Part shown: piece after piece, positions 38,714 to 48,688 of the stretch
Layout: every line of letters starts with the position of its first letter
How positions within the stretch are numbered: the first letter of the stretch is position 1
Source of the DNA: Desulfobacterales bacterium
GTDB taxonomy: Bacteria; Desulfobacterota; Desulfobacteria; Desulfobacterales; UBA2174
DNA: 64,000 nucleotides
Direction of reading: 5' to 3'
Assembly: GCA_963668645.2 (NCBI GenBank)
Contig: CAXXWC010000021.1
Span: forward strand, 64,001-128,000
The notes under the pieces: model-generated
Databases searched by the model: none
Told to the model about the DNA's origin: nothing
Seen by the model: only the letters and a program-made list of their open reading frames with translations
Translations under genes and position numbers: made by a program

Positions 38714-39529
38714 TCATCCGTTTATGGCAACCCCATGGCGCACCCCGAGCCGGGAAAACATCTGCGACAGGCCGGCGGCCAGGGTGTAAATCGATCCGAT
38801 GCTGAGGTTGGACGTGGCGGTTTCATCGAAAAAAAGGTTCAAACTCGAGTCCAGACCCTCGTCCGCCTTCCAATAGCTGATCATCAAAGGGACCTTGGGC
38901 AAAGGATCGAGAACCACCGAAATGTCCGATTCGAATTGGGCCTCAACCTGGCGCCCGCTGAACATGTGGATGATGTCCTCAAAAAAATCGGGCAGGCCAT
39001 CGGCAAGCTGTTTCATCGGCGTCTCGCATCGTTTTTCAAAAAGCGGGCCGCGCTCCTTGCCCCCCGGCAGTTCTCGAAAAGGAACCCAGATGCCTTCCGG
39101 CGACCGGCCTTGGGCATCGAGGACGTATTCGAGAAAGGGCACGGCCACCCAGGGATTGACATGGATATCGGCGTAGAGTCGGCCCTCTCGGTCGACGCTG
39201 AAATTCTTGCCCATGATCCTGATCGTCAACTTGCCGTTTTCCGTTTGGCCGCCGATTCTTTCCGCCGTCTGGCTGAAATCGATGTCCCGGATCCGGCTCT
39301 TGAGTTGCTGCAAATAGTCTTCGCGCACCGTATCGGCCGGATTGGCATCCCCTTTGCCGTCCGTATAGCGTTCGACCACCGCCCGCTCCAGGTAAGGGCA
39401 GTCTGCGATGGCGCGCCGGCTCTGAAACACCGCCCCGGCAAAGGCGAGGCAGGTCTTCTCGCCGCATTCCTGGCAGTTGGATTTGTTGAGCAGCTTGAAT
39501 ATCTCCATAGCGTTTTGCGCCTTGGCCAT
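38714..39529 (-). CDS. DUF3786-like protein with N-terminal Fe-S domain
   Basis: NCQECGEKTCLAFA...CP; WVPFRELPGG; PLPKVP. Confidence 0.8.
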   Translation of the reverse strand: MAKAQNAMEIFKLLNKSNCQECGEKTCLAFAGAVFQSRRAIADCPYLERAVVERYTDGKGDANPADTVREDYLQQLKSRIRDIDFSQTAERIGGQTENGKLTIRIMGKNFSVDREGRLYADIHVNPWVAVPFLEYVLDAQGRSPEGIWVPFRELPGGKERGPLFEKRCETPMKQLADGLPDFFEDIIHMFSGRQVEAQFESDISVVLDPLPKVPLMISYWKADEGLDSSLNLFFDETATSNLSIGSIYTLAAGLSQMFSRLGVRHGVAING

Positions 39530-39678
39530 GTCACCATCCCTTTCTTTGGCTTGAATACGCGGGCTGCATCCTTCAATTTTAGAAAACCATCAGAAATTGC
39601 CAGCACCTCCAGGCCTTGTCAAGCCTTTGCCGGAACGTTTGCACTGCAATTTCATGCTTCGTGTTTTTTCGGGGCGTT

Positions 39679-41103
39679 TCAACCGGACTCGAAGCTGCGT
39701 TTGGCCGCCAGAAACGCAGGAGCGTTGCGCAGCAAGCGCCAGAGGCTGTGACGGTGGGCCCAGAGCCGTTTTCTGAACCGGCGGCGCCATGCCGGGCTCT
39801 CATAGAACCGTTTGACATGGCGGTTGTATAGCTTTTCCAGCAGTTGCCGTGAGTCGATGCCCCGGGGGAGAAAAACGAAATTGAGGCAATTCATCTTGCG
39901 CCAGTCGTGGTCAAAGCTTCCCGCTTCCGGGATCTGGGGCCAGATCGGCGCCCCGAAAAAAGGGGTAAACTTGGACATGTTCATATCGTCCAGATCCAGC
40001 GACAGGACAAGATCACTGGTCTGGCGGATCGATTCAGGCGTGTCGCCGGGAAGTCCCATCATGAAAAGCCCCTTGGCCCTCAAGCCCCGCGATTGGATCC
40101 GGCGCACCGTGTCGCGCACCCCGGCCAGGTCCACTCCGGGCTTGTGCACCGCCATCAATTGTGGGCTCCCGGTTTCGATCCCCAGCGAAAGCTGTAAAAA
40201 TCCCGCCGCTTTGAGCAGATCGAGCAGTTCGTCGTCGGCATGGCCGACGCGCACGGCACAGTTGAACTGCATGCCCAGGGGATGCGCGATCAGCCGCCGG
40301 CAAAGATCGATGACACGCGAGCGCCGGGTGGTGAACAGATCGTCATAGATGTTGACGTGCCGCACCCCGAAGCGCCGGCGCAGATAACGCAAGTGTTCGT
40401 AAACGTATTCGGCTGAATTATAGCGAAATCCGCGCCGGAACACCGACCGGTCGCAGTAGGAGCACCGGTAGGGACAGCCGCGGCTGGTGACCATGGTCGC
40501 CCCGGGACTGCGGGTATAGCTGAAAAGCGGCAGGTGATAGCCTCCCGGAAACCGGTCGAGCTTTTCATAGGCCGGAAACGGAAGGCTATCCAGATCGGCG
40601 ATGAGCACCCGGGGCGCATTGGTCACCACCTGGTCACCGCGCCGCCAGATCAGACCGTTGATCTCTTCGGGCGCCCGGCCCTCGGCCACCTCGGCCAGGG
40701 TCAGTTCCCCCTCCCCGGCACACAGGTAGTCGATCCAGGGAAAATGGCGCAGCAGCGGTGCGCCCATGGCCGATACGTGTACGCCGCCGAAAACCGTGGT
40801 AAGGGCTGGATCAGTGCGCTTCAGGGCCTCGGCCATGGCATAACCGTCTAAAAAACCGGAAGTCGTCGTGGAAAAGCCCACCAGGTCCGGCCGCAGCCGT
40901 TGCACCAGTCTTGCGTTGGCTGCGGCACCGTCCGGGGCACGGGGACCGAGGCAGTCGTGGACAAAAACCGTATGCCCCCGCTGTTGCAGAAATGCTGCGA
41001 TGGACAGGATGCCCAGGGGAGCCATACGGTTGGCTGTGGGGGTGACGTCCTTTCGCCCCGGGACCCAGTTGGATCCGGCCGGATGTACGAGAACGATTCG
41101 CAT
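39679..41103 (-). CDS. B12-binding radical SAM protein
   Basis: PLGILSIAA, GGVH, GEGE, TSRGCPYRCSYC. Confidence 0.9.
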   Translation of the reverse strand: MRIVLVHPAGSNWVPGRKDVTPTANRMAPLGILSIAAFLQQRGHTVFVHDCLGPRAPDGAAANARLVQRLRPDLVGFSTTTSGFLDGYAMAEALKRTDPALTTVFGGVHVSAMGAPLLRHFPWIDYLCAGEGELTLAEVAEGRAPEEINGLIWRRGDQVVTNAPRVLIADLDSLPFPAYEKLDRFPGGYHLPLFSYTRSPGATMVTSRGCPYRCSYCDRSVFRRGFRYNSAEYVYEHLRYLRRRFGVRHVNIYDDLFTTRRSRVIDLCRRLIAHPLGMQFNCAVRVGHADDELLDLLKAAGFLQLSLGIETGSPQLMAVHKPGVDLAGVRDTVRRIQSRGLRAKGLFMMGLPGDTPESIRQTSDLVLSLDLDDMNMSKFTPFFGAPIWPQIPEAGSFDHDWRKMNCLNFVFLPRGIDSRQLLEKLYNRHVKRFYESPAWRRRFRKRLWAHRHSLWRLLRNAPAFLAAKRSFESG

Positions 41104-41138
41104 GCGGCGACGCAGCCCTTCTCCTTTATGATTTCAAG

Positions 41139-42374
41139 CTATTTTTCATGGCCACCGGGTTCATCAACACCGGGCCCTCCGGCTTTTGTGCAGTCTGCCG
41201 GCCCATCGACCGGCACGGCGTTTGCCGCCACAGAACGCCGGGCGATGCGCTGGGCCGCCAGATATACTAAAACGCCTATCAGGGCGCCCAGGGCCGGCGC
41301 CAAAAGCAAGGAGCCGATCAGCCACTCCACCAGCCGGTCTATGGCCTCGTAACCGAGGGTACGCAGGGAGACTTCGGTCAGCAGCGTCCCGTGGCGCAGA
41401 TAGTGGCCGACCTCGATGCACAGGGCCGGCACCAGCGGGGGCATGCAAAGTTGGCTGGCGCCCAGAGCCGCCACCTTGCTCAACCGGAAATAGCCGGCGG
41501 CAAAAAGGATGGCAATCGAATGGAAACCGATCAGCGGCAGCGTGCCGAGAAAAATGCCGAGAGCCGCCGAAAATCCGAGCCGGTCAGCGGGGATGTTCTG
41601 ACCCACCAGCATCTTTAGAGACCGCCAGGGGCTGAGGACGGAAACCTTGGCCGCCGCACCCGATCCTTCCGGGCCGACGATCCTGCGATGGGGCCAGGGA
41701 ACGATGGAGCGCATGGTCAAATGGATGGTCAGGACCGCAAAAAAAAGCCGTTTCACCAGCCCCGTCTTGCGGCTCTTTCCACAACCGGCCGGCAAGTCGG
41801 CTCCGAGCGCCACCTGGCGGATATCCGCCCCGGCCCAGACCGATCGTACCAACATTTCGTAATCAAAACAGGAGTTCCGGGACAAAGTGCGGAGCCCGAG
41901 CACTAGATCCAGAGGATAGGCGCGCAATCGGCCAGTGCTCTGCTTCAAGCCGATTCCGGTTTCAACCCGAAACCAGAAATCGGCCATCGCCTGCCTGAAG
42001 CGCTGCCACAGATCGAACGGGCCGGGGCACACCCCGCAGATCACCGCCTCGGGTGCAGCCTTGATCTGGGCCAGGATCCGATCGAGGTTGTTTTCAACGC
42101 CGCACCGCGCTTCGAGAATGATCAGATGGGTCATTCCCATCCGGGCCGCCGACCTGGCGGCCGCGCGGACCCCATCGCACCGCGCCGCGCCCCTGGGAGC
42201 CGCCATCTGCGGCAACCCGGCCGTGCACGCCTCCTCGTCTTGCAGGATTATGGCCCGGCATCCGGCCTCGATGCTCCTTTGCAGCGCCTCTTTTACACCC
42301 AGGCGCCCGTCGGCCGCGTCGATCAGCACCAGGGGCCTGATCAGGGATTGTTTTTCAGGCTGACCGGTCTGCAT
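41139..42374 (-). CDS. Degenerate GT2-like domain fused to a DUF2062-like membrane domain
   Basis: LRAYPL, FDYEMLVRSVWAG, ALGIFLGTLP, PALCIEVG. Confidence 0.65.
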   Translation of the reverse strand: MQTGQPEKQSLIRPLVLIDAADGRLGVKEALQRSIEAGCRAIILQDEEACTAGLPQMAAPRGAARCDGVRAAARSAARMGMTHLIILEARCGVENNLDRILAQIKAAPEAVICGVCPGPFDLWQRFRQAMADFWFRVETGIGLKQSTGRLRAYPLDLVLGLRTLSRNSCFDYEMLVRSVWAGADIRQVALGADLPAGCGKSRKTGLVKRLFFAVLTIHLTMRSIVPWPHRRIVGPEGSGAAAKVSVLSPWRSLKMLVGQNIPADRLGFSAALGIFLGTLPLIGFHSIAILFAAGYFRLSKVAALGASQLCMPPLVPALCIEVGHYLRHGTLLTEVSLRTLGYEAIDRLVEWLIGSLLLAPALGALIGVLVYLAAQRIARRSVAANAVPVDGPADCTKAGGPGVDEPGGHEK

Positions 42375-42499
42375 GGCGCCGGGGGCGTGCGCCGGGGGCG
42401 GCAGTGAAGACGGCACGGCGTCATCGCCGGCCTTTGCGTGACCTGCATGGGGGGTACAGCTGGAGCGGCATCCGGCGGATCGGCGCTGCATGGTCGGGA

Positions 42500-43885
42500 T
42501 TATTTGAGAGCCGCCAGATTTTTAAGGGCGTACTTTTTGAGCTTGCGGCTTTCGGTGCGGTCGGCCACAGCCTGCAACGTGCCGCGATACCGACCGTTTC
42601 TCGCAGCGCCAAGCACATTGCACAACCACGACATGGCATCGACATGGAGTCGATCGGATGCGTTGGAGCGATATCCGGCCAGCAGTACCTCGGCCACCGT
42701 CTCCAGCACGGGCCCTTCAAAGGTCCGGGAACGGACGATCATCTTGCTGCCGGAAACGATCCGTTTATCGCTTCCCGATCGCAGCATCTGGATATATTCA
42801 CGCCCCGGGCCGGAAACCGCACCGGCAGCCGGCGATCCGCCAGCGAAGTTTTGGATCGACCCTGCGCCGGCCGTTTTTTCCAGCGCGACCTGCACCTGTT
42901 TGCGCTCCCCGCCGCTCAGGGGAATCCATTGGGTATCGGTCCGGTACCCGGGGGCCGAGACCTCGATATGGTAGCTTCCCGGTGCCAGTTCGATCCCGGG
43001 ATGATAGCGCGGCACGATGTTGAGGATGCGCACCCTCGCCCCTTGCGGATCGGTGTTGACATGCAGCCACCCCAGGCCCCCGAAGGAATCGGCTTGAACG
43101 GGCGGCTCCAGATTTTGGCCGGCCGGGGCAATACTGGCGCTGTAGACCATCTGGCCGTAGTCGATGGCTCCGGGTTCGGTTTCTTCGACGATTTCGGCCT
43201 CGGAAATCTTGTCCAGGATGTTGTTCAGCGCCACCCGGCCGGTTTCGATGCGTTCCACATCCAGGATTTCACCTGTCTTGGGATGCCGGATGATCCGGCC
43301 CTCCTTGTAGACAATGAACACCATGCCGGGCTTGGCCCCGGCACCACGGCCCAGATCGACGGCCACCGTGTTTTCCGACCGGCTGACGATATACCCTTCG
43401 AGGGGGAAATTCTTGATGATTTTGTCGGACATTTGGACCACGAGGTCCTGGAGGCGGCTAGCAACGGAACTCTTCACGTTTTCGGCCGCCTTGATCGATC
43501 CGGTTTGCACGTCGATGATGCGGGCGTTGATTTCCAGCACGTTTTGCAGTTTGAGCACCGATCCTGAGATGATGGCCTCCACGCCCAGCAGCTTTCCAAT
43601 TTGAGTGGCGGTGGTGTCGTCCACCACACCGCTCATACTCAATTTCTGTTCTTCGAGGATCTTGTTGATCATTCCGCGCTCGACCACGTCGAAGCGCCCC
43701 GCCTTGACGAATGCGGTAATAAACCACTCAGCCACGATGGCACCCATATCCTCTGTTTCAAAGCCCTGCCCCTGAAGGGTGAAATCGAGAACGGCGATCT
43801 TGGTCTTCTTGAAGTTGGCCTGAGCGGCAAGCGGGGCCGGCGCAATCAGCAGCAGCATTAAAAAAAAGGCGGCATATCGTTTCAC
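42500..43885 (-). CDS. Exported CsgG/FlgO-like protein with PEGA-like domain
   Basis: Signal peptide; IAVLDF, FDVVER, IGKLLG, ARIIDVQTG; VNTDPQGA...GSYHIEVSAPGY; GTG start with RBS. Confidence 0.72.
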   Translation of the reverse strand: MKRYAAFFLMLLLIAPAPLAAQANFKKTKIAVLDFTLQGQGFETEDMGAIVAEWFITAFVKAGRFDVVERGMINKILEEQKLSMSGVVDDTTATQIGKLLGVEAIISGSVLKLQNVLEINARIIDVQTGSIKAAENVKSSVASRLQDLVVQMSDKIIKNFPLEGYIVSRSENTVAVDLGRGAGAKPGMVFIVYKEGRIIRHPKTGEILDVERIETGRVALNNILDKISEAEIVEETEPGAIDYGQMVYSASIAPAGQNLEPPVQADSFGGLGWLHVNTDPQGARVRILNIVPRYHPGIELAPGSYHIEVSAPGYRTDTQWIPLSGGERKQVQVALEKTAGAGSIQNFAGGSPAAGAVSGPGREYIQMLRSGSDKRIVSGSKMIVRSRTFEGPVLETVAEVLLAGYRSNASDRLHVDAMSWLCNVLGAARNGRYRGTLQAVADRTESRKLKKYALKNLAALK

Positions 43886-44164
43886 TGGAATCCTCCCTGG
43901 AAGGGCATCGAGTCTTTGGTTCACGCGGCTCACGACCGGAAAGAAAACCGGCAGGCAAAGAGATGACGCCAGACAGACTACCCTTGCCGGCAAGAGGCTG
44001 TCAAGAACAGTAGCGTCTGCTTTTACCGCTTGCGGGACACCCCCAGGCTAGCGGTCAGGATTTTTGGGTTGGCCTGGCCGTGCCCGGGCTGATAGACTAT
44101 GGGCATCCTCGCTCCGGCGGTAATAACTATGCTTTCAGATCCAAGACGATTCCGGGGTCCTTCC

Positions 44165-44953
44165 ATGTTCGCACCTTGCCGGCCACGACCACCACGATCC
44201 AACCGGAAAGCCCTGCTGCTGTTCCTGGCTTTGATCCTGGCCGGCTGCGCAGCCGTCAAGCCGCCCCAGGCACCGTCTTCCCCACCGGCGGTAACGGTGC
44301 CGGTTTTGCCCATGCTGGGTATCAGCATCCAGGCAGGCGCCTTTGCGAACCTCGACAACGCGGTACGCCTCACCGAACTGCTCCAGTCCCGGGGGCTGGA
44401 AGCAACCTTTTTCAGGGACGACGACGGGCTGTTCAAGGTACGCTTCGGCAATTTCCCATCCCGTGAAGCGGCTCAGCGGCGGGCACTGGACTTGCAGCGC
44501 GACGGGATGCTGGAGGTCTTTTGCATCGTGGGGCCCGAACAGTATGCCGCCGCCGAGCGCGAGCACCGGGGCGTGGACTTCGTGCGCCGCAGCATCGTTC
44601 AAGCCGCCACTGGTTTTTTAGGGATTCCTTACCGTTGGGGCGGAGACTCCCCCCAGGAGGGCTTCGACTGCAGCGGCCTGACCATGACCGCCTACCGGCT
44701 CAACGGATACGATCTGCCGCGCACTTCCCGCGCCCAATACGCGACCGGAGCCCCGGTCGCCACAACCGGCCTGCTGCCGGCGGACCTGGTTTTTTTTAGA
44801 GGCCCGGCCAAAGGCCGGATCTCACACGTCGGGCTCTATATTGGCAAGGGGCGGTTCATCCACGCCTCGAGTTCGGGAAAAAGAATCCGTATCGACACCC
44901 TGGACCAAGATTACTACCGCCTTCACCTGATCGGCGCGCGGCGCTATCTTTAA
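44165..44953 (+). CDS. SPOR + NlpC/P60 lipoprotein (peptidoglycan endopeptidase)
   Basis: Lipobox LAGC; IQAGAF; YRWGG, GFDCSG, SHVGLY, FIHAS. Confidence 0.88.
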   Translation: MFAPCRPRPPRSNRKALLLFLALILAGCAAVKPPQAPSSPPAVTVPVLPMLGISIQAGAFANLDNAVRLTELLQSRGLEATFFRDDDGLFKVRFGNFPSREAAQRRALDLQRDGMLEVFCIVGPEQYAAAEREHRGVDFVRRSIVQAATGFLGIPYRWGGDSPQEGFDCSGLTMTAYRLNGYDLPRTSRAQYATGAPVATTGLLPADLVFFRGPAKGRISHVGLYIGKGRFIHASSSGKRIRIDTLDQDYYRLHLIGARRYL

Positions 44954-45003
44954 TATCTCAACAGCCTGGCCCCATCGCCCGGTGCCGGGCCGGATCCCGC
45001 CTT

Positions 45004-46914
45004 TTACCAGCCGCCGCCACCACCACCCCCGCCGCCTCCGCCCGAGGAACCGCCTCCGCCGCTTCCAGAGCTGGAGCCCGGCGCGCTGGAGGAAGCGGCC
45101 ATCGCACCGGCAAAAGACCCGCCCAGACTGGAGGCCAGACCGGTGAACGGGGTGCGGCCGCTGTACCAGACCGGACCGGCCCGCAGTCCGGACCCCGGAT
45201 CCAGGGCCGCCCTGGCCAGCAGATCGGCAAACTGGGCGTTCCATTCGTTTTCCACGTCCAGCGCCATGGCGTAGGGGAGCAGGGACTCGAAGTGTTCCGG
45301 AGTCCGCTCCGGAGGATGGAGCATGTTCAAACGCTCCTTTTCGGCCACGCTCATGTAATGTTTGAGCCCTTCGATCTCATCCATCAAGCGCCGGCCGGCC
45401 AAGGTCGGCGCCTTGAGCAGATGATAAAAAACGATGTTTACAATCCCCACGGAGAGCATCAACACCATCCCCGGAAATGAAATCGCGGCGGCCAGCATCC
45501 CGATGCCGAAAATCTCGCCGATAAAAAAAGGCGTGGCAAAAAGGGTGATGGCCATGGCCCCGGCCACCTGCCGGCTGCGCCAGGCCGAGATCACCCGGGT
45601 ACCGAGGCCGTAGACGCCAACGCTCCAGATGGAGAGCCAGACAACCATAAAGGCCGCCACCGGCACCATGTCGCCGGTCAGGACGATGCCCGCCAGCACG
45701 ATCAGGGAAATGACGATTCCGGGAATGAAATGGCCCGTATTGCGAAGAAAATACTGCTTTTCATATTCGCCGCCGAGACTGGTGCGCAGGGCCTTGAGAG
45801 CCGCGCCCACCTTCTTGTGGGAAGTGTTTTTCAATTTGATCGATCCGCTTGCCCGGGGCAGCAGGAGGCTTGCCACCTTCGCCTCGCCCCTGGAAAGAGA
45901 GGCCGGTTTCTGACCTGTGGCCTCAAGGGAATATACCCCGTTGGATCCTTCCTTGATCTTCAAACAGCCCTTGACCGCCAGGCTGACGACGGCCACGGCC
46001 AGGGCTTTTTGGTCAAAGGCCATCTTCATGACGAATCGTGCACCGGCCGGTGAAACCCCTTTGGGCGGCGTATAGCGCGCAATGATCGTACCCCGGGCCG
46101 GATCACGGCCCACCTTCCACCAGGAGGCCAGGTAGTAGACCAGCAGGATGAACAGCCCGGCGACGGCCACCAGCGAGGCCCCGTTGTCCCTGACCAGATC
46201 GATATTTTTTTCGGTCCGCGTCGGTTCGTGCACGAAGCCTTTGGGCCAGGCCACCGCCACGGTCAGCCCTTCCCGGGGGCCCAGGGGCCGGGTGGTGGAA
46301 AAGACCATATAGCCGTCGCCGGATTCGATGCGGAAGTCTTTGCCCGCAGCCCCGGCCGGTCCGGTATAGGCCGCCTGCTGAACCACCCCGGTGCCCGGAG
46401 GCAGATCGATCTTCGCGCCGGCCTTTTCGATGACAAAGTCCCAGTCGTTGCCGGTCACGTTCCAGTAAAGTTCATCGTAGTCCTTGAAGAAACCGACCTG
46501 ACGATCGCAGCGATAAACGAGGGTATAGGTGTATCGGCCCGGCTTGAGCAAGACATCGCCACTGCCCATGTAAACCCGCACACCGCCGGAACGCCGCTCG
46601 GTATGGTAAGGTTCGGGCCGGCCGTCGCGCTGCACCGCCAGTACCTGGAAGCGGACCTTGACCCTGCGGCCCAGGCGGCTGCGATACTCGGTGGGAAAGT
46701 CACGGTAAATGCCGCGCCGGATGCGATCGCCGGCCGCCGCCACCTGGATGGTCTCGGTGACCCTCAGATCGCCCTGGCTCATGATCTGGATATAACTGTC
46801 AAAGGAGAGAATCCGCTCCTGCCGGGCCGCCCGGGCCAGGGGGGCGTTGAGAATCAACAGGCTGCCCACCACCAGCGTCAGTAAAGACAAGCTGAGGTAT
46901 CGATGACGGCTCAT
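45004..46914 (-). CDS. DUF2207 family membrane protein
   Basis: VTETI, RGIYRD, ELYWNVTG, LPYAMAL, Gly-rich GGGGGGW tail. Confidence 0.88.
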   Translation of the reverse strand: MSRHRYLSLSLLTLVVGSLLILNAPLARAARQERILSFDSYIQIMSQGDLRVTETIQVAAAGDRIRRGIYRDFPTEYRSRLGRRVKVRFQVLAVQRDGRPEPYHTERRSGGVRVYMGSGDVLLKPGRYTYTLVYRCDRQVGFFKDYDELYWNVTGNDWDFVIEKAGAKIDLPPGTGVVQQAAYTGPAGAAGKDFRIESGDGYMVFSTTRPLGPREGLTVAVAWPKGFVHEPTRTEKNIDLVRDNGASLVAVAGLFILLVYYLASWWKVGRDPARGTIIARYTPPKGVSPAGARFVMKMAFDQKALAVAVVSLAVKGCLKIKEGSNGVYSLEATGQKPASLSRGEAKVASLLLPRASGSIKLKNTSHKKVGAALKALRTSLGGEYEKQYFLRNTGHFIPGIVISLIVLAGIVLTGDMVPVAAFMVVWLSIWSVGVYGLGTRVISAWRSRQVAGAMAITLFATPFFIGEIFGIGMLAAAISFPGMVLMLSVGIVNIVFYHLLKAPTLAGRRLMDEIEGLKHYMSVAEKERLNMLHPPERTPEHFESLLPYAMALDVENEWNAQFADLLARAALDPGSGLRAGPVWYSGRTPFTGLASSLGGSFAGAMAASSSAPGSSSGSGGGGSSGGGGGGGGGGGW

Positions 46915-47031
46915 GGCATTCTCCTCTGGTGCAACAGCGGGGAGGGGCGATCCGCGCCGCAGTGGAAAGCGGCGGTCGGATCAACGGCAATCCAAACCCC
47001 GGCTTAGAGTTTTGCATGGACATTTTCGTTT

Positions 47032-47853
47032 TCAACCAGGGGGCCTTGCGTGCTGTTCGCCGTGCCGGGAGCAGATGCTTTTCAGTTCGACGGCACGGTT
47101 GCTAAAAATCCAGTCAACCCCCCGGTCGATCTCCCGGTACAAACAGCGGCGTGACTCGACCATGCCGCAGCCGACCGCTTGGCCGTGCTGGTGGTGGCGG
47201 GCGATGGCGCGGCTGCCCACCAGCAAAAAATGGCCCGCAACCCCGCCGTACCCGCACTCAAAGGCCAGACGGCTGAAAGCTTTGACATCGGCCCAGGCGA
47301 TGGGCACCAGGCAGCTGCGGGGAACGAAACCGAGATGGCGCAACATGCCCGGATCGAGACTCATCAGATGATAATCTGCCACCGGCGCCAGGGGTGAAAG
47401 CAGATGGGCCAAGGTGGCGGATCGGATCAGGGGATCCGGGTAGGGTTCGGCCTTGATTTCGATCATCAGATGGCAGCGCTTGCCGTAGCGGGCCACCACC
47501 TCGACCAGGGTGGGAAGCGGGGGGAAAAGAGCTCTCAACTCGGCCAGGGTGGCATCGGCCAGACGCATGGGGCATCCTGCCAGGCGCCTGAAATCGGGGT
47601 CGTGAAAAACCACCGCCTGGCCATCGGCCGTCCAGCGCAGGTCGAACTCGATCCCCCAGACCCCGGCGGCCACAGCTTGATCAAAAGCCGCCAGGGTGTT
47701 TTCAAAGACCTGGCGGTTGTCATGTTCGCCGCGGTGGGACACGATACGCGCGCCGGCCAGGCGCCAGGAGGCGGGCGCCGGCCTTGGCCAGCGGGCCAGG
47801 GCCGTGTCGGTTGCCAGGGTAAAGAAGCGCTCCAGGTGAGGCGAAATCTTCAT
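47032..47853 (-). CDS. Glycerophosphodiester phosphodiesterase family protein
   Basis: SHRG, ENTLAAF, IEFD, VFHD, IEIK. Confidence 0.87.
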   Translation of the reverse strand: MKISPHLERFFTLATDTALARWPRPAPASWRLAGARIVSHRGEHDNRQVFENTLAAFDQAVAAGVWGIEFDLRWTADGQAVVFHDPDFRRLAGCPMRLADATLAELRALFPPLPTLVEVVARYGKRCHLMIEIKAEPYPDPLIRSATLAHLLSPLAPVADYHLMSLDPGMLRHLGFVPRSCLVPIAWADVKAFSRLAFECGYGGVAGHFLLVGSRAIARHHQHGQAVGCGMVESRRCLYREIDRGVDWIFSNRAVELKSICSRHGEQHARPPG

Positions 47854-48007
47854 GAACACCCGTTTTGTTTCCTGAATGTCGGCGACCGGGATTGATCATA
47901 AAAGGCATCATAACGGGGACCCTGCCCGATGCTTGACCCCGAAAGCCATTCATACTATCAGAGGAGACTTTTCAAAACCCTGTTTTTCAACTGTGAAAGG
48001 AGTCATC

Positions 48008-48505
48008 ATGGTCAGACTGGAAACCAGCATGGGTGAAATCGAAATCGAACTCGACGCCCAGAAGGCCCCAAAAACAGTGGCCAATTTTCTCGAATACGTC
48101 AATGCCGGCCACTATGACGGAACCATTTTTCACCGCGTCATCGACGGGTTCATGATCCAGGGCGGCGGCATGACCGAGGACATGAGCGAAAAACCGACCC
48201 GCGCACCGGTGGAGAACGAAGCCGATAATGGTCTGAAAAACGACGCCTACACCGTGGCCATGGCCCGCACCATGGACCCGCACAGCGCGACGGCCCAGTT
48301 TTTCATCAACGTCAAGAAGAACGATTTTCTCAACTACAAGGCCAAGAACCCCCAGGGCTGGGGCTATGCCGTGTTCGGCAAGGTGACCAAGGGCCACGGG
48401 GTGGTCAACAAGATCAAGGGTGTGGCCACCGGCCGCAAGGGGATGCACGATGACGTGCCCATGGAACCGGTCACCATCATCAAGGCTGAGGTGGTAGACG
48501 CCTGA
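48008..48505 (+). CDS. ppiB: Cyclophilin-type peptidyl-prolyl isomerase
   Basis: [36 protein letters not shown]. Confidence 0.93.
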   Translation: MVRLETSMGEIEIELDAQKAPKTVANFLEYVNAGHYDGTIFHRVIDGFMIQGGGMTEDMSEKPTRAPVENEADNGLKNDAYTVAMARTMDPHSATAQFFINVKKNDFLNYKAKNPQGWGYAVFGKVTKGHGVVNKIKGVATGRKGMHDDVPMEPVTIIKAEVVDA

Positions 48506-48688
48506 AAACCCCCGCCTTGCCCGGCCTTGCCGCTGCTTGAAGGGGGCCCATACAGTCGTCCAAAGCCTGAGGCCTCCTTCTGCACAAAAACCACGCCGCC
48601 GGCTTCTGCCACCCTGCAACGTCGAAAGACAAGGCCGCAGATTCTTGACAATATCGAAGTCCAATATGTGGACACTCGGCATCCGTTA

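Noticed and set aside
45004..45075. GC-rich low-complexity repeat
   Set aside because: Encodes the normal Gly/Ser-rich tail of DUF2207 proteins
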